Assembly: GCA_964016885.1 (NCBI GenBank)
Contig: OZ024754.1
Location: forward strand, 17,484,001-17,548,000
Source: Eledone cirrhosa
Taxonomy: Eukaryota
DNA length: 64,000 nt
Reading direction: 5' to 3'
The translations under genes were made by a program, and so were the position numbers. Below are positions 1-14,700 of this stretch, one piece after another; the first letter of the stretch is position 1, and the number at the start of each line of letters is the position of its first letter. Below the pieces are notes generated by a model. The model saw only the letters and a program-made list of their open reading frames with translations, had not been told where the DNA came from and made no database searches.

Positions 1-1131
1 CGATTTAATCGAGTTACTGCAGACGATACGCACAGCCATTAAATAGTGTCAAATATGAGGAAAAGACAAAGCCAACATCGGATGATGAAACCAAACCAAC
101 TAAACAGACGATAGAGAAACAAAAAGAATATGGATGATAAAAATAAGACGTAGATTATAGTATAAAACACATTATTGGCTATGTAGTGTACTGTATGTAT
201 AGACCCATAACCTCTGATGGAGTCATCGTAGAAGCACCGTCGTGACATACTGTCTTGGGCATCGATTCTGGTGGAGCACATTTTCTCTCCAGGTCTGAAC
301 ATAGCCGATTTCTTCCCGAGAAACAGAGAGAGGAAGTAAGAGATACAGAGGAAGAATCGAGCTCCAGTATTGAACTGGTATTTTTTTAACGACCTTGAAA
401 CGCAAAATTAACCTCGGCGGGATTTGAACTCAAAATGCGGAGAGCCGGAACAAATACCGCAATTCACCGCCTACATTGTACATATTAAAGCTACAATAAA
501 ACAGAGTGTTTCATTGAAAGCAACAACGAAAATATTGCCAAGAAAAAATAACGATACTGTGGAAAATACTACTACATATTGATAAAAAGATATTGTCTAT
601 GGGAGTAGACGTGGTTATTAAAGGCTATCAAAATATTTTTTTAAACTATGGCTGACGGGAAAATACATCAGTATATATAATATAGTAAGTTTCGACATTT
701 ATTATATTTACACATGTAAAACACTATTAATTATACATAAAATATGTACATTAATTGAGCTTTACATTAACCAAAGAAAGCCAAACAGTCGTATATAGTC
801 CTAGGGGTAACAATGATGTGTGCTATTGGCACCTTACTTATTTCTTATGATAACTGGAACTTTAGTTGTAATAAATATGGACAAAATAAACATCCTATCG
901 TGACTAAGAAACTTAAGAATAGACGTAGCATGGCAGAATGGTTAAGATGTTCGCTTTGCAATCATTAAGCCTCGAGTTCGATACACTGCGTGGCATCTTG
1001 AGTACATGTCATTTACTTCGAGTCAAGCGACGTCTTGTCGTGCAGTATGGCCGAATCGTTAAGAAGTTCATTTCACAATCATTAGATCACGTAGCAAATT
1101 GAGGTGAGTCTTATAAGCCCCGTCAAATACG

Positions 1132-1212
<81 letters not shown>

Positions 1213-1284
1213 GCAAACTGGCGTAGATACTCGGAACTTCTCAAAGCAAGTCAATCTTACTTCGTTCTTCAGCGTATATATATA

Positions 1285-2020
1285 TGTATATATGTAAAAG
1301 GTAAACAGAAATAACAACACAATCAGTACAGTATATGGAAGGTATATATTAGGTTAACGCTTAATATAGCAGGAAGAGGGTCTTAACGTTTCGGACGCTA
1401 GTCCTTCATCAGAAGAAAGAATGAGAAATAAAATAGATTGAGGGGACGGGCGGCCTGGAATTGTAAAAAATGTCTTTAGATAAAAATAACAGGTCCATTC
1501 ATGTTGACATCTCTTGCAAAACTGTTGGTGCTGCCGTTTTGTGTATGATTTGTTTTTTAGAAAAGTGGATGATGACAGGCGTCTACCTGAAATGTAAAAA
1601 AAACGAGCTATACTTGAGAACGTGCGTAACCATGAGTTAATGTGTGTGTGTGTGTTATTATAGGTCCGTACTTAGCTAAGAAGAAATGTGTGTATATATG
1701 TGAGTAAAAGAGTGTGTGTGCATGTAAGTACGAAACTATGAGCAAAAGTATGTTAATATAAGGGAGTGTATCGGCATGTATTAGTAGTAAGAGAAGCTGC
1801 TAATGATCAAGAGAAAGCGATAGGAATCTAGGGGTGTGATAATGGACGGGGTATTAGAGAAATTGGGGAGGTCAGTTGAGTCCAATATGGGAATAGGACC
1901 CAAGACGGTGAACAGACTTTGTTCAGTCCTGGTGCGCGAGGCCTGTGATCCATGATGTAAAAGTACACCCAGGACTGAAGCATTATTAGTATAAGAGATA
2001 AACAAGGATTGGTATTCCAA
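1285..2020 (-). mobile_element. Penelope-like element 3' fragment (GIY-YIG tail + pLTR)
   Basis: Near-copy of 29615-30500; encodes degenerate ...SRTRTEQSLF..LG endonuclease tail; carries an HHR at 1381-1416; abuts (TA)n. Confidence 0.7.
1381..1416 (-). ncRNA. minimal hammerhead ribozyme (dimer type)
   Basis: Minus strand: tctt-CTGATGA-a-GGAC(tagc)GTCC-GAAAC-GTT-aaga; palindromic AACGTT stem III. Confidence 0.7.
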
Positions 2021-2261
2021 TTTGAACTTGGTTACAATATTCTTTCTGCCTTTGTTAATAGTATAGCTTTAAAGAATTTAAATGAACTCCCTTTTCTTTA
2101 AATCCATCAACCAATGACCTCCACCCATCCCAATCCCCACCCTCTCCTACCACCAGAAAAGAAAAGATATAAATACCACCATATTTACTTGGACAGCCAG
2201 GTTCCTGATGATTTCTCACGAATTAAACAGTTCTAGACCTGTAGAAGCTTCTCTATATTAA

Positions 2262-2336
<75 letters not shown>

Positions 2337-2399
2337 TTCTATTAAAATTGTTGGGATTCAACAAGCAAATATTTTTATAACTGATATAAAGCACTCAAC

Positions 2400-2740
2400 A
2401 AATATTTGGAGTAAAAATACGATATTAACAAATGGAAACTATATTTATAAAACCATATTTATTTCATTATACATATTTCAAGGACACCAAGTTAAATTAT
2501 GGTGTGCTTTCATCAGATAAAATATAATATAGATCAGTTTTATAAATAAATACTATCCGGGAGCTTCCAACAGTAATGGTTACATTCTTTAAGGGTATGT
2601 CAATATTTATTTATAAAACTGATCCATATTATATTTTATCTGATGAAAGCACATCCTAATTTAACTTGGTGTCCTTGAAATATGTATAATGAAATAAATA
2701 TGGTTTTATAAATATAGTTTCCATTTGTTAATATCGTATA
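2400..2740. repeat. fold-back (inverted) PLE terminus with two HHR-like motifs
   Basis: About 2420-2550 is the reverse complement of about 2603-2738; HHR-like cores at 2467-2520(-) and 2636-2689(+); flanked by (TA)n. Confidence 0.7.
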
Positions 2741-2764
2741 TATATATTTTTTTCTATACCTTTC

Positions 2765-2809
<45 letters not shown>

Positions 2810-4082
2810 AGAGTTAAACAAGGTTCAATGAATACACCAAAGAATGAGTTTTACAATAGATTGGAAGCACTCAACTGAAAATGTTTTCCAGAGTTATTAA
2901 TATTAATTCAAAATATTAACAAAATAGATATTCTTGTGATCAATTATATTTTATTATACATATTTCAGAGGTACTGAGTTAAGTTCAACAGTACGTCCTC
3001 ATCAGATAAAATAAAATGATACATGACATACCCTGACATAGTAGATGGTTAAGATTCAATCAAGGTAGTGATTAACTTATGACAAAACTCAATATTTATA
3101 CCCTAATATTGAGAACATGAGATAACATAATACAAACAATAGACAGGGTGCGTGTAATAGATTTTAAGAAATACATGGCATCAATATAACAGTTATAACA
3201 TTTTTAAAAACTACTGGAGAAAGAGGAGGGAAATGAAAGCATAGAGGAAGAAACAGCTGATGTGATAATATATTTAGTAGGTGGCTTGAAAAGACAGATG
3301 AAAGATGATTAAAGAGAGAGAGAGACAAAGGGGAGTAATTTATATACACACAGATTTCTATATAATCAACATGCGTCCAGAACAACATAGTTGGCGGTTA
3401 ATTTTCAAAATATTTAATTTAAGTTATTTCAGGGTAAAGAATCATATTTTAGGTTTTTAAAGTTAATAGGTATTTGTATTAATATTATAATATAATTATG
3501 TTTAATTTCTAAAATTCAAATTTTATGAAAACAAATTTAAAGGATTTACGAAACACGAGAAAGAAAATATATATATATAATGTTTTATAACCTCACGAAG
3601 GTAATCTTTACCAAAATTGCTTATAATATTGACAACAGTTTCTATAATATAATTTATAAGATAATTATAGTTATAATTATTAAAGAATTTATTGTTAAAT
3701 AGTTTGAGGGCCTAAAGTATCAACCGGCCTTATAATTAAACTTAAAGCAGTCAGAATTTTTAACTATATATATGTATTGATCATAAAATACAAAGATTAT
3801 AGTTTATTATTTGTTCATGGTTGAGGTGATACCTTTCAAATATAAATAATATATCATTATATTACAATAATGCAATATAGTAAATCATTTCCTGAAGATA
3901 TTGTTCAAAAATATATATAGTCAAAAATATTGTTCAAGAATTAATGTTTTATATCAATTATTTTCATTTAGTTGATATATACTATAAAGATATAAGTCAA
4001 AACTATGAGTCCTAATGATAGGGGCTAGATACAAAATAAATATACAAATAAAAGAAAATGAATAAAAGAAAAGAAAAGAAAA

Positions 4083-4120
<38 letters not shown>

Positions 4121-5290
4121 ATTTCAAATGAATGAAACAGTTCTATTCTTGTAATAGTCCTTTTTGTATGAAATAAATATGTTCCTTCTTTACTAATATA
4201 TATGTCTGTGTGTTTAAAGTGAGGTGGGGTGGGAGAGATAAAATCAAGTGAACAAGAAAGAAAGCGAGATATATTGGATACCAGATATATCTTAAAAGTA
4301 CTTTTACTCCTATAAAGCATCTAAAAGTGATTGGTTAAGTAACACTTGTTACCGAACTATAGTAAAAAGTTCAAAGGCGTCTCCTACAGGGAAAATTACG
4401 TTCTTTGATTGCCTGCCAAATGAAATATTTTCAATATTCATTTTGTGTTAATTATTATACACAAGCTTTGAAATGAGATATTTTAACTGCATACCCCCAC
4501 CCCAACCCCACCCCACTAAAAGGTTATTACCATCATAACTGACGTGAGATTGAATCAAATAGTGAAAGTGAATCTGTGTTGAACTTTCTCCCCAATTCGT
4601 CTTCTCAGAAAGTAAAATTTTAGTTATAATATGAACAATCATCTAAAATTATTTCTCAAATAAAAACAATCCTTTTGTTGTGTTTTGTTTTGTTTGTTGT
4701 TTTTTTCTTTGCAAGTAAACTCTAAAGACAACCGAAAGCAGAAAGAATTGTGGGGAAAAGGACATACACACTCAATTACAAGCCATCTAATCATTTTTTA
4801 GGCAAACCAACACACTCAGAGCTTTGCTGCAGGTGATAGTGAAACTATGACGCTGGAATAATTTAACACCCTCGTTGGTATATATATATATAGGAAAAAT
4901 TCGGAACACCGACGGCTGAACAGTTCGGATCTAGTTTTTGAAACGGCCGGAGCTCAGCCGTCGGGATCCCAAATTTTTCATATTACCCACTCTACTGCCT
5001 CAAGTATAGAGTAATCTGGTGAGTAATGGTCTCACTGGTTTTCACTGCCTCCATTCTGATATATATATATATCAAGTAAGAATATTTTCGAAACAGCGAG
5101 TGGATTTGAAATTATTAGAAATGTTAGCTATCGCCGTATTTTGACTAAAGAGATGAGTATTGACGTACATGTACGTCAATACTCATCTTTTTCCATTTCT
5201 CCGAGGGTTCTTAACCCCACTATCAGGCTAAATAATTAATTTAATTTCTTTAGTCAAAATACGGCGATAGCTAACATTTCTAATAATAAT

Positions 5291-5333
<43 letters not shown>

Positions 5334-5712
5334 GTGGGTAATAATAAATATTACCCAATTACAAGTATAAAAATAGTTCAATGTAAAATACCAAGTTTAC
5401 TACAGACCCGAAATGCAATATAAATGACAATCAAAGAGTGTTTAAAAGATGTAATCACTTACGATCGTTTCATCCTAACACAAGCCCGGTTTCATCGGAA
5501 TAGATAACAAAGGTCAAACATAAATATATCAAAACTTTGTCACAGGAACACTAGGAGGATACATGATATGGGAGGCCAGATAAGTATCAGTATCAACATT
5601 TATATAAGATAACAGAGACGGAAGAGGCATAAGTGAGAATAGGAGCGGATAAAAGCATTAAAAATTTAAAAATATGGTGTTACAAAAAAATTGTAAAATA
5701 GGCTGCATTTGT

Positions 5713-5767
<55 letters not shown>

Positions 5768-5769
<2 letters not shown>

Positions 5770-5915
5770 GGTGGCTGCCAACTAGTTTTCGAGTACGGCC
5801 ACTACTTTATATCCATGTACCCTTGCCGATGCGCTGAACGAGTGTGACTTTTTAGTTCAGCCAGCGACTTGAAAACTCTGGTACAAACACTACACTTGTG
5901 ACAATTATTGACACA
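5768..5915 (-). mobile_element. RTE-like LINE 3' end (C2H2-like tail)
   Basis: CSVCTRVFKSLAELKSHTRSAH followed by a short 3' UTR ending in microsatellite; resembles RTE ORF2 C-termini. Confidence 0.45.
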
Positions 5916-8140
5916 TAGTGCTGGGCCCATGGTACATACATACATACATACATACAAACATACATACATACATACATACATACATACATACATACATACA
6001 TACATACATACATACATACATACTAGTCATGTATTGAGATACACTCAATCGGTTATACCCTTCCCTAGAACCCCTTGTGTCAGTGATAGAAATCATCGAT
6101 ACTGCTACCGATACAAATGCAGAAAATGCCATAAAATATAGGTTAATTCTCTTAGTACTGGAGGACATTTCGAAATTTGGAAAAGAATTACCACCTTTCA
6201 ATCTACTTACATTCGGACTACTTTTTAGAAAGAAATATCTCAGAGCTTTAGCTAACATAGGAATAAACTATTACTGGATAACCATTGTAGAAATAACATA
6301 CTGCTCACGACATATATCTTACACTTTACTAAAATCCTGGGTTTATTATTATTATTTTCTTTTTTGTTTACCTGTTATATATTATTTCTGAAGAAAATAC
6401 CAAATTTAAAACCCCGAAAAATAAAATAGTAAAACCCTGGATATCAAAACACTCTCGACGCTACATTCTCTCATCGTGGTTTTTGTCAATAAAATACATG
6501 ACAAATGATTTTCTCACACTTTGAATACGCTCTAAGCTATTTTTTTTTTTTTGCTCCTTTTCTATAGATTTTTCAAAAGATAAGTAAGATATATTTCATT
6601 ACAAAGAACTAAATCTTTCTAGCTTATTTACCGATAAGCTTCTTAATTCAGACATACTTTTTTCTATAAGTTACATTGATGAAATTTTATTATTTCCCTC
6701 TATGTATTGACTTTTGTTGCTAAGATGTCGCCGTTGATTTTGAGATTGGAGTTTTTCCACCTTTTAACACCTTTACTATGAATTACGTAATGTATCAAAA
6801 CAAAACTGTCTGAAATATTTAACAGTAAAGCATTGAATCAGCAGGATTGTTATAGTGGAATATAAGGTATTGCAGTATTTGTCCTAGCTCTCTGCGCTCA
6901 AATCATCCAGATATCAACCTTTTTTTTTTTCATCCTTTCAAGCTCGATAAATAAAGCACCAATCTTAAGTGTTAGATTGACAGGATTGTTAAAATGTCGG
7001 TATCTGTTCTATCTGTACTTTCTTTATTCAAATGCCGCCTCCTGTCAACCTCCTTCTGAATACCATCTCCTGTCAACAGAAAATGTGTAACGCCCATTGG
7101 TGTCATTATTTCTGCTATAAAATACTCTCCATAATGTGTGTGCGTGTGAGGAATGCCTAGTACAAAGACACGGGGGTACGCTACATAGTGTGTGAGCAAT
7201 GCCTAGTAGAGCTATTATTTGCTTATCGTCTTTATTTGTAACATAGGATTTAGCTCTCTCTCTCTCTCACCTCACACACACACACACAGTGTGTGTGTTT
7301 ATCATTCACAAAGCTCCTTCACTTCTCAGGCCTCAGATTATGTTGTTTATTTGTTCTATATTAGAAACAATTGCAATGACAGACTAAATCTTCTCCAGAT
7401 TGTAAATAGTGTTTAACTAATTATAGCTAGTTAAATTATGAGAAAGAACTACGTCAGCTGATTTAATATTGCGCTGTCTACAGAAAGCAGAATACGATTT
7501 AAGTTGTTCGTGTGACAAATAAAACCGAACAAAATTTGCACTATTTTCTTTCCCCCCAAAAAGTAAAAACAACTGGAAATGTAAGGCTTCTAGAACAAAT
7601 TATAGTTTCTCGTTGGCATGTCAAACATAAAGACAAACTAATATATAGTTAGACAAAAATCAAATTACAATTAAGAGGTTAAACAATTCTTTCAGTCAAT
7701 TTTACTTGTCAGTTTAGTTTATTTAATTTAAAACCGATTTAATAAAGTTCAATGAAAGTTTGCCGACGGTTTTTAGACCAACAACGACTTTTTTGTGTTA
7801 AATGGCACGCGGTCTTAGCTTTAGTTGACATCGACAGTCGATCGACTTTCGTCAAATCGGACCGAGGAAACAATGTTTCCATTGGTCCTTCCAATTGATA
7901 ATACTCTCTACTCTTTACTTTCTGTTGGTCGCAACTCCAGGTAGAAATAAAGTCTCTTGCGTTGGTGCTCTGAAATAGCGATATATAAACGAATGTACGT
8001 ATTATATATTTAATAATACACTATATACTTATTTTAAAACATTTTGAGGTCCTATCGCTATGAATTTTAAGGTAAAGCTAGGCATGTGACGTTAATCACT
8101 ACCTTAACATTCATAACGAAAGGCCTTCAACATTTTTTAA

Positions 8141-10440
8141 ATGGAGTTGTCGAAGAAGAGGACTGTCTTCCTGGCGTGGAAAGGGAGAATCAGCAAAAAG
8201 ATCCTAGACCACGTTATACCAAAAGTCAAGAAAAACGCGAGACTTAGCCTTTGGGTCAGCACTCAGGAAGTCATCTCATTATTCAGGAATATTGAGGACA
8301 AACGGGACACCAAATTCATCCAGTCCGACATAAAGAGCTATTACGCCTCTATTACCCTACCGTTCCTTACGGCCGCTTTGGACTTTGCCAAAACACTTAC
8401 ACCCATCACCGACCTGGAAAGAAACATCATTTTCCACGCCAGGAAGACAGTCCTCCTCTTCGACAACTCCAATTGGATAAAGAGAGCTCCTGACTCCCCC
8501 TTCGGCGTCAGTATGGGCGCGACCGACTCGGCGGAGGTGACCGATCTTATAGTATTATTCCTACTACATAAACTCACCGAAATGTTTCCTGCATTCGGCG
8601 GTGGATTGTACCGAGACGATGGGCTCCTTACCATCAAAGGGTACAACCCCAGTAATATGGACCGAGTCCGTAAACACCTAATCAACTTCTTTCGGAACTG
8701 GTGATTTAAAATCACCCTACAGAAGTCTCTAACCCGAGTCGTTTCAGGGACGTTACCCTCAACCTCGAAAATGATATGTACTACCCATACAGGAAACCAA
8801 ACGACAACCTTCACTATATCCACCGCCGCTCTAACCATCCTAGAAACATTACCAATAACCTGGTTAATAACATCTCCCTCCGCATATCCCGTTTGTCCGC
8901 TAATGAGCAGATATTCGATGAACATGCGCCTTATTACAAGCAGGCCCTCAAGCGAAGCGATTTTCGGGAGGTAGTCTCCTTTTACCCAGCTTCCCCTAGC
9001 AGAACCAGCAGGCGACGCCGCCGCTCACGCCACATAACGTGGTTTAACCCTCCCCACAATGCCGCGGTTGCAACACCAATCGGGAAAATCTTCTTTAGGC
9101 TCCTCGAAAAACACTTCCTACCACAACACCGCTACCACAACATAATCAGCAAAAACACTATGAAACTCTCCTACAGCACCACACCGAACTTCGCACTAAA
9201 CATCGCCTCCTCAAACAACAAGAAACTCAACTCCTATGGAAGAAACAACTTTGACATTAGTGGAGCGCCGACCAGGAGGTGTAACTGCCCTGATAGATCT
9301 ACGTGCCCCCTCAACAACAGATGCCGAGAACGTAACGTGATCTACCAATGCAACGTGAGGACGGAAAACTCCACCAAGCCTATATAGGATTAACCGATTG
9401 TCACTTTAAGATCCGGCTCTACCAAAACCGACATAAGTTCAGAAGCCCGGCCCGGCGACATGCCACTACACTTTCGAGCCACATCTGGGACCTCCAAGAT
9501 AATAACATCACATACCATCTTACTTGGAGCTTACTTTCCAGGGCTAACTCCTACACGGGAGGACGCCGTCCGTGTAACTTATGCTCGGAGGAAATAATAC
9601 AAATGCTGTTTACGAAGGACCAACTCCTAAACAAAAAAGACGAACTTGTAACCGCATGTAAACACCGATTGCGTAGGACTTACCTCGCCCTCAAACCCCT
9701 TCAAGACCCGGGTGGGTAGACAATGGCTGCAACATCCTTTTTCCCACTTGCCGAACAAGATAGGGCAAACCCCAGCATACATAGGTAGATGTACTTTTTT
9801 TCTTTTTTCCCTTTATCTCTTGTTCTCACTTCCTTCCCCTCCCTCTTCTCTTCCTTTCCTTTTTCCTCTTTCGCTTACCCTGAGGCAGCCCATCGCGCTT
9901 TTGTAGCCTCAGTAACCCCACCCCAGTAAATTCTATATAGCATTGGCCAAAAACGCAATAGCAGCTAAAAGTATAGCAGCTCTTTTAGACTCTACTGTTT
10001 TTGTTTTTTTTTATTTAATTTTTTTATATTATTTTTATTTATTATTTTTTAATTTTTTAATTTTTTTACTTTTTAAGTTTTTAATCTGATAACTTCCAAC
10101 TCTCAAATTCCTCCAGAATTCTTTTTTCACCTGCTTTCTAGCTAGCCTAATTTCACCCACACTCCTTAGAATTTGCTGTATAGAATTCACTTTCAACGCT
10201 TGACCGGCTCCACCCACTCCCTCATTGTTCTACAGACAAGTTCAGCCACCCCACCGCTATGAAAGACTTAATTGTGTTTACAAGAAATGTTGACCAATCC
10301 TTTTGACAATTACATATATAGAATTACCCCTTGAAAAGTTCGGCTATTTATTACCACGCTAAAAATCTAATTTAGTTCAGAAATAGCCGTCGAAATATTG
10401 AGCTCGTCCGTAGGGGGTCTTGAACATTTTCCTAAATATA
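8141..10440 (+). mobile_element. 5'-truncated Penelope-like retroelement (RT + GIY-YIG, CxCx5C linker), disrupted ORF
   Basis: RT motifs DIKSYY, GVSMGA, LYRDDGL; YRKPN; WFNPP; linker CNCPDRSTCPL; VIYQC..AYIGLT GIY-YIG; CNLC..LLNKKDELVTACKH. One stop (8702-8704) and two frameshifts; 3' UTR ends in an HHR variant. Confidence 0.9.
10326..10418 (+). ncRNA. hammerhead ribozyme variant (U3-A8 core), stem III degenerate
   Basis: cccc-TTGAAAA-gttCGGCTATTT...AAATAGCCGtc-GAAA-...GTA-gggg. Confidence 0.55.
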
Positions 10441-10444
10441 CATA

Positions 10445-11335
10445 TATATAAATGGTAAAAATGAAATTTCATTTCTCACTCTTAGTACGGCTGATACTTA
10501 AATATAAGTATGTAAACGTACATACATACATGTATACAGACGTACAGTAGTATGTATATATACATACATGCACACATATATGTACGTATGGGTTTACCGA
10601 ACATTTATTATAATGTTCGGTTTGTTTGTAAAAAAACAGCCCGAATTAAGCCATACAGTGTTCGGTAACCATCGTTGCCCTTTTGTTCAACACTGACAAA
10701 GGAACGAGGAACTAGTTTCAAGCTTATTAGCTATCGTCAGCATTGTATACCTTCCTGTCAATCGATTGAACGTTTGAAAGTATATACTTTCCTTATGCAT
10801 ATTAACGGCTGAGCAGCCTAATTTGCATATCGAGTGGGTTAGTCGGCCGGGCGTACCGAAAACGATAAATGGAAGAAATGAAATTTCATATCTCACTCTT
10901 AGTACGGCTGATACTTAAATATAAGTATGTATACGTATGTATATATATATGTATACAGACGTACAGTAGTATGTATATACATACATGCACATATATATAT
11001 ATATATGTACGTATGGGTTTACCGAACATTTATTATAATGTTCGGTTTGTTTGTAAACAAACAGCCCGAATTAAGCCGTACAGTGTTCGGCAACCATCGT
11101 TGCCCTTTTGTTCAACACTGCCAAAGGAACGAGGAACTAGTTTCAAGCTTATTAGCTATCGTCAGCATTGTATACCTTCCTGTCAATCGATTGAACGTTT
11201 GAAAGTATATACTTTCCTTATGCATATTAACGGCGTACCGAAAACGATAAATGGAAAAAACTAATGGCCAACTATGCAAATTAGGCTGCTCAGCCGTTAA
11301 TATGCATAAGGAAAGTATATACTTTCAAACATTCC
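10445..11335 (-). mobile_element. tandem ~425-bp HHR-bearing repeat (pLTR/retrozyme-like) with short inverted tail
   Basis: Two direct copies with HHRs at 10704-10746 and 11129-11171; 11272-11330 is an inverted copy of part of the unit; same family at 33457-34070 and 42410-42900. Confidence 0.75.
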
Positions 11336-11381
11336 TCTATAATTGTTATATTATCCTTTTATAATCTTTGTCGCATCCACT

Positions 11382-11467
<86 letters not shown>

Positions 11468-11686
11468 AACGATCGACTTTTTTGTCAAATCGGACCGAGG
11501 GAACAATGTTTCCGTTGGTCTTTCCAATTGCTAATACTATCTATCGGTCGCAACTCCAGGTAGAAGGAGCAACGTGAAATAAAGTGTCTTGCTCAAGGAC
11601 ATAACGCATCGCCTGGTCCAGGAATCGAACTCACAACCTTACGATTGCGAATACAATTCTCTAACCACTCAGCCACACGCCTTCAC

Positions 11687-11757
<71 letters not shown>

Positions 11758-11761
<4 letters not shown>

Positions 11762-14700
11762 GAGAGTAAAACAAAGAATCCTTTAATACATCAAAAGTTT
11801 TTATTAGCCGACAATGTTTCGTCCTATTAAGGACTCATCAAGGCAATTAAAACAACAAGAAGTAATATCGGCAGATACAAGCCGGAAGCTCCGAAGAATA
11901 TGGAGTGTACATACACTAAAGTCTTGCAAAAATATATAATAAAAATAAAAATAATAAAAATATATAATAAGAATAACTAAGGATGTATATAACATTAAGA
12001 ACCATATTACAAATATAGTCCAAAGCAACTAACCTAAAGCTAAACAAAGGTGGTTATATAGAGCAGGAATTATATATAACACAATGTAATATAATATAAT
12101 ACATTATAATAATATACCTTTACCAACATTAAAATTACAATTAGAAATCAAAAGGTACAATATATACATGTATATATGTGCGCACACACACACACACATA
12201 CAACAATACGCACATCTATGTTCAACTACACAAATTAAGCCTTATTAGGAGTTTGAATATAAAAATAAGCATGATAAGAGTGAAAATAATAATAATACCA
12301 ATACATCTACCCAATATACATGAGGTAATAATATGATATAATTACAAGAGACACATATAATAAATAATAAACAATAAAATTATATAATTCAATATAATAT
12401 AATAGATAATCCCCGGTTAATTTACACAAACAATATAGATGTCACAATAATAATATAATGATAATATGTTAACAATGTACTAACATTTACAATAAACAAT
12501 ATATACAAATCGATTCATACTGGGTTACAGAGTAAATGAGGAAAAATAAATTATACAATACTCAAAAAACACTATGATGGTACAGAAAAAATTATGATGG
12601 TACAGAAAAAAATATACAGACATCTTACATGATATATAAAGTCTAAATATCATAATGTTACATATAATGAACAGTAAGTAATAAGGATCAATATTACAAT
12701 ATTACAAAAATACAGACATCTTACATGATATATAAAGTTTAAATATCATAATGTTACATATAATGAACAGTAAGTAATAAGGATCAATATTACAATACAA
12801 TATAATATAATATATTATATAAAATAAATTGACATAAAATAATATATAAATACTTATAATTACAAGGTTAGTAGACAGACATATGTGGATGTGTAAGTAA
12901 ATGCCAGACAGTGAATAGTAAATAGAATATAAAATATAGAATAAAATAAATAAATATAATCAACCGGAAATTACAAAACAAAAACAAATATATACACATT
13001 TAGGTCTCACATGCGGTTACGTAGTTAGGTAAAAACTAAGGAAAACAATCACTGTAAATGACTCAAAACCCTATTTGATAAATTAATATTAAAAATATTA
13101 AAACTATCCAATAAGGTAGTATAATATTAGCTGTAGTTTAAGTCATTAAAGTTTATAAACTTTAATGTTTCGTTACAAATGTTTACAAAAAGGAATGAAA
13201 TTTTTTACTATCATATACATAACGATATCTAAAAAACTGACTTAAGTAGAATTAAGGTAGGCTAATGGGGACAGAATTGAAGAAATATATGGAGGGTGCA
13301 AAGGGGCATAAAATATAGTCGATATACTATAATAAATAATAGAACGGAGCGTAAAAGAGGGGGGGGGGGGGTTAAATATAATCATAGTCAATTTGGAGGG
13401 GTTGACAATAAGTTTATGTGCGCATGGGGGGGGGGGGTTATCCAAAGATGAATCTGAATAAAACTAAAAATAAAATTAAAAATAAAATTAATAATAAAAA
13501 TAAAAATAAAAATTAAGATAATAATAAAATAAAGTAAATGGCGTAAAGTGTGTAATCTTATATATATTAACAAGGTGTAATAGTGAAAACATAGATATGG
13601 TACAGTAGCCAAATGATTATGAGAGCTAGAATAAAGAGTCATCAAAAACCAATGGTAATAATGATGATAACAATAATGTTGGCAAACAAAAGAACATAAA
13701 CTAAAAAATAAGTAATGGAATATATCAGCTAATGGGTACAATTTGTACTACTAGAACGTTTGGGTTTATAATAAAAGTAAGAATTAGAAATAGCGTGGGG
13801 GCAAGAAGAGAATATCTCAGACTTTCTATTAAGTAAGGATACGCTAGAGAAAATTATAGAGTGTGTCTCAAGGATACAGAGATTACAAAACTTAGTATGT
13901 GTAGAAAGGTGTTTAGAGCGTGCTACTAAACGCCAGTTAAGGCTATATGGTATATAAGCTCCCTTAAGATCCCAGATATAATGCGCTAAAGAAGTAGAAT
14001 TCTTAAACCTAACATGTTTGAAGTTAGAGATATGAGAGTTAAACCTAGTCTTAAAAGTGTTTGAAGTAGATCCTATATAAGTTCTATTAGAGGAATTAGT
14101 TATAACTTCGCAAGCGTAGACAATGTTCTTAGAAAGGCAGTTACCGTTTAAAGGGCAGTTAGCACTCACTCTACAATTGCACTTCCGGGTGTTATTGGTT
14201 AGCTCGAGTGGTGATGTATTACACGTAGGATTTCTATTAGATAAGGACTGTTCTGGTGGTAAAGCATTGTCAGATCCGTTCAGACTGGTAGTATGTAGAG
14301 AGGAGAATTCATCCCTAATTTCTTCTTGCCCCCACGCTATTTCTAATTCTTACTTTTATTATAAACCCAAACGTTCTAGTAGTACAAATTGTACCCATTA
14401 GCTGATATATTCCATTACTTATTTTTTAGTTTATGTTCTTTTGTTTGCCAACATTATTTATCATCATTATTACCATTGGTTTTTGATGACTCTTTATTCT
14501 AGCTCTCATAATCATTTGGCTACTGTACCATATCTATGTTTTCACTATTATACCTTGTTAATATATATAAGATTACACACTTTACGCCATTTACTTTATT
14601 TTATTATTATCTTAATTTTTATTTTTATTTTTATTATTAATTTTATTTTTAATTTTATTTTTAGTTTTATTCAGATTCATCTTTGGGTAAACCCCCCCCC

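Noticed and set aside
927-1000. tRNA gene
   Set aside because: A/B-box-like motifs but no cloverleaf; it looks like a degenerate SINE head, as at about 11570-11685 and 62830-62930.
5455-5500. HHR on the minus strand
   Set aside because: Core is CCGATGA with poor stems I and II; at best a decayed copy.
8702-8704. In-frame TGA in PLE RT as selenocysteine
   Set aside because: The position fits Gly (GGA to TGA) before FKIT, a frameshift follows soon after, and no SECIS was recognised.
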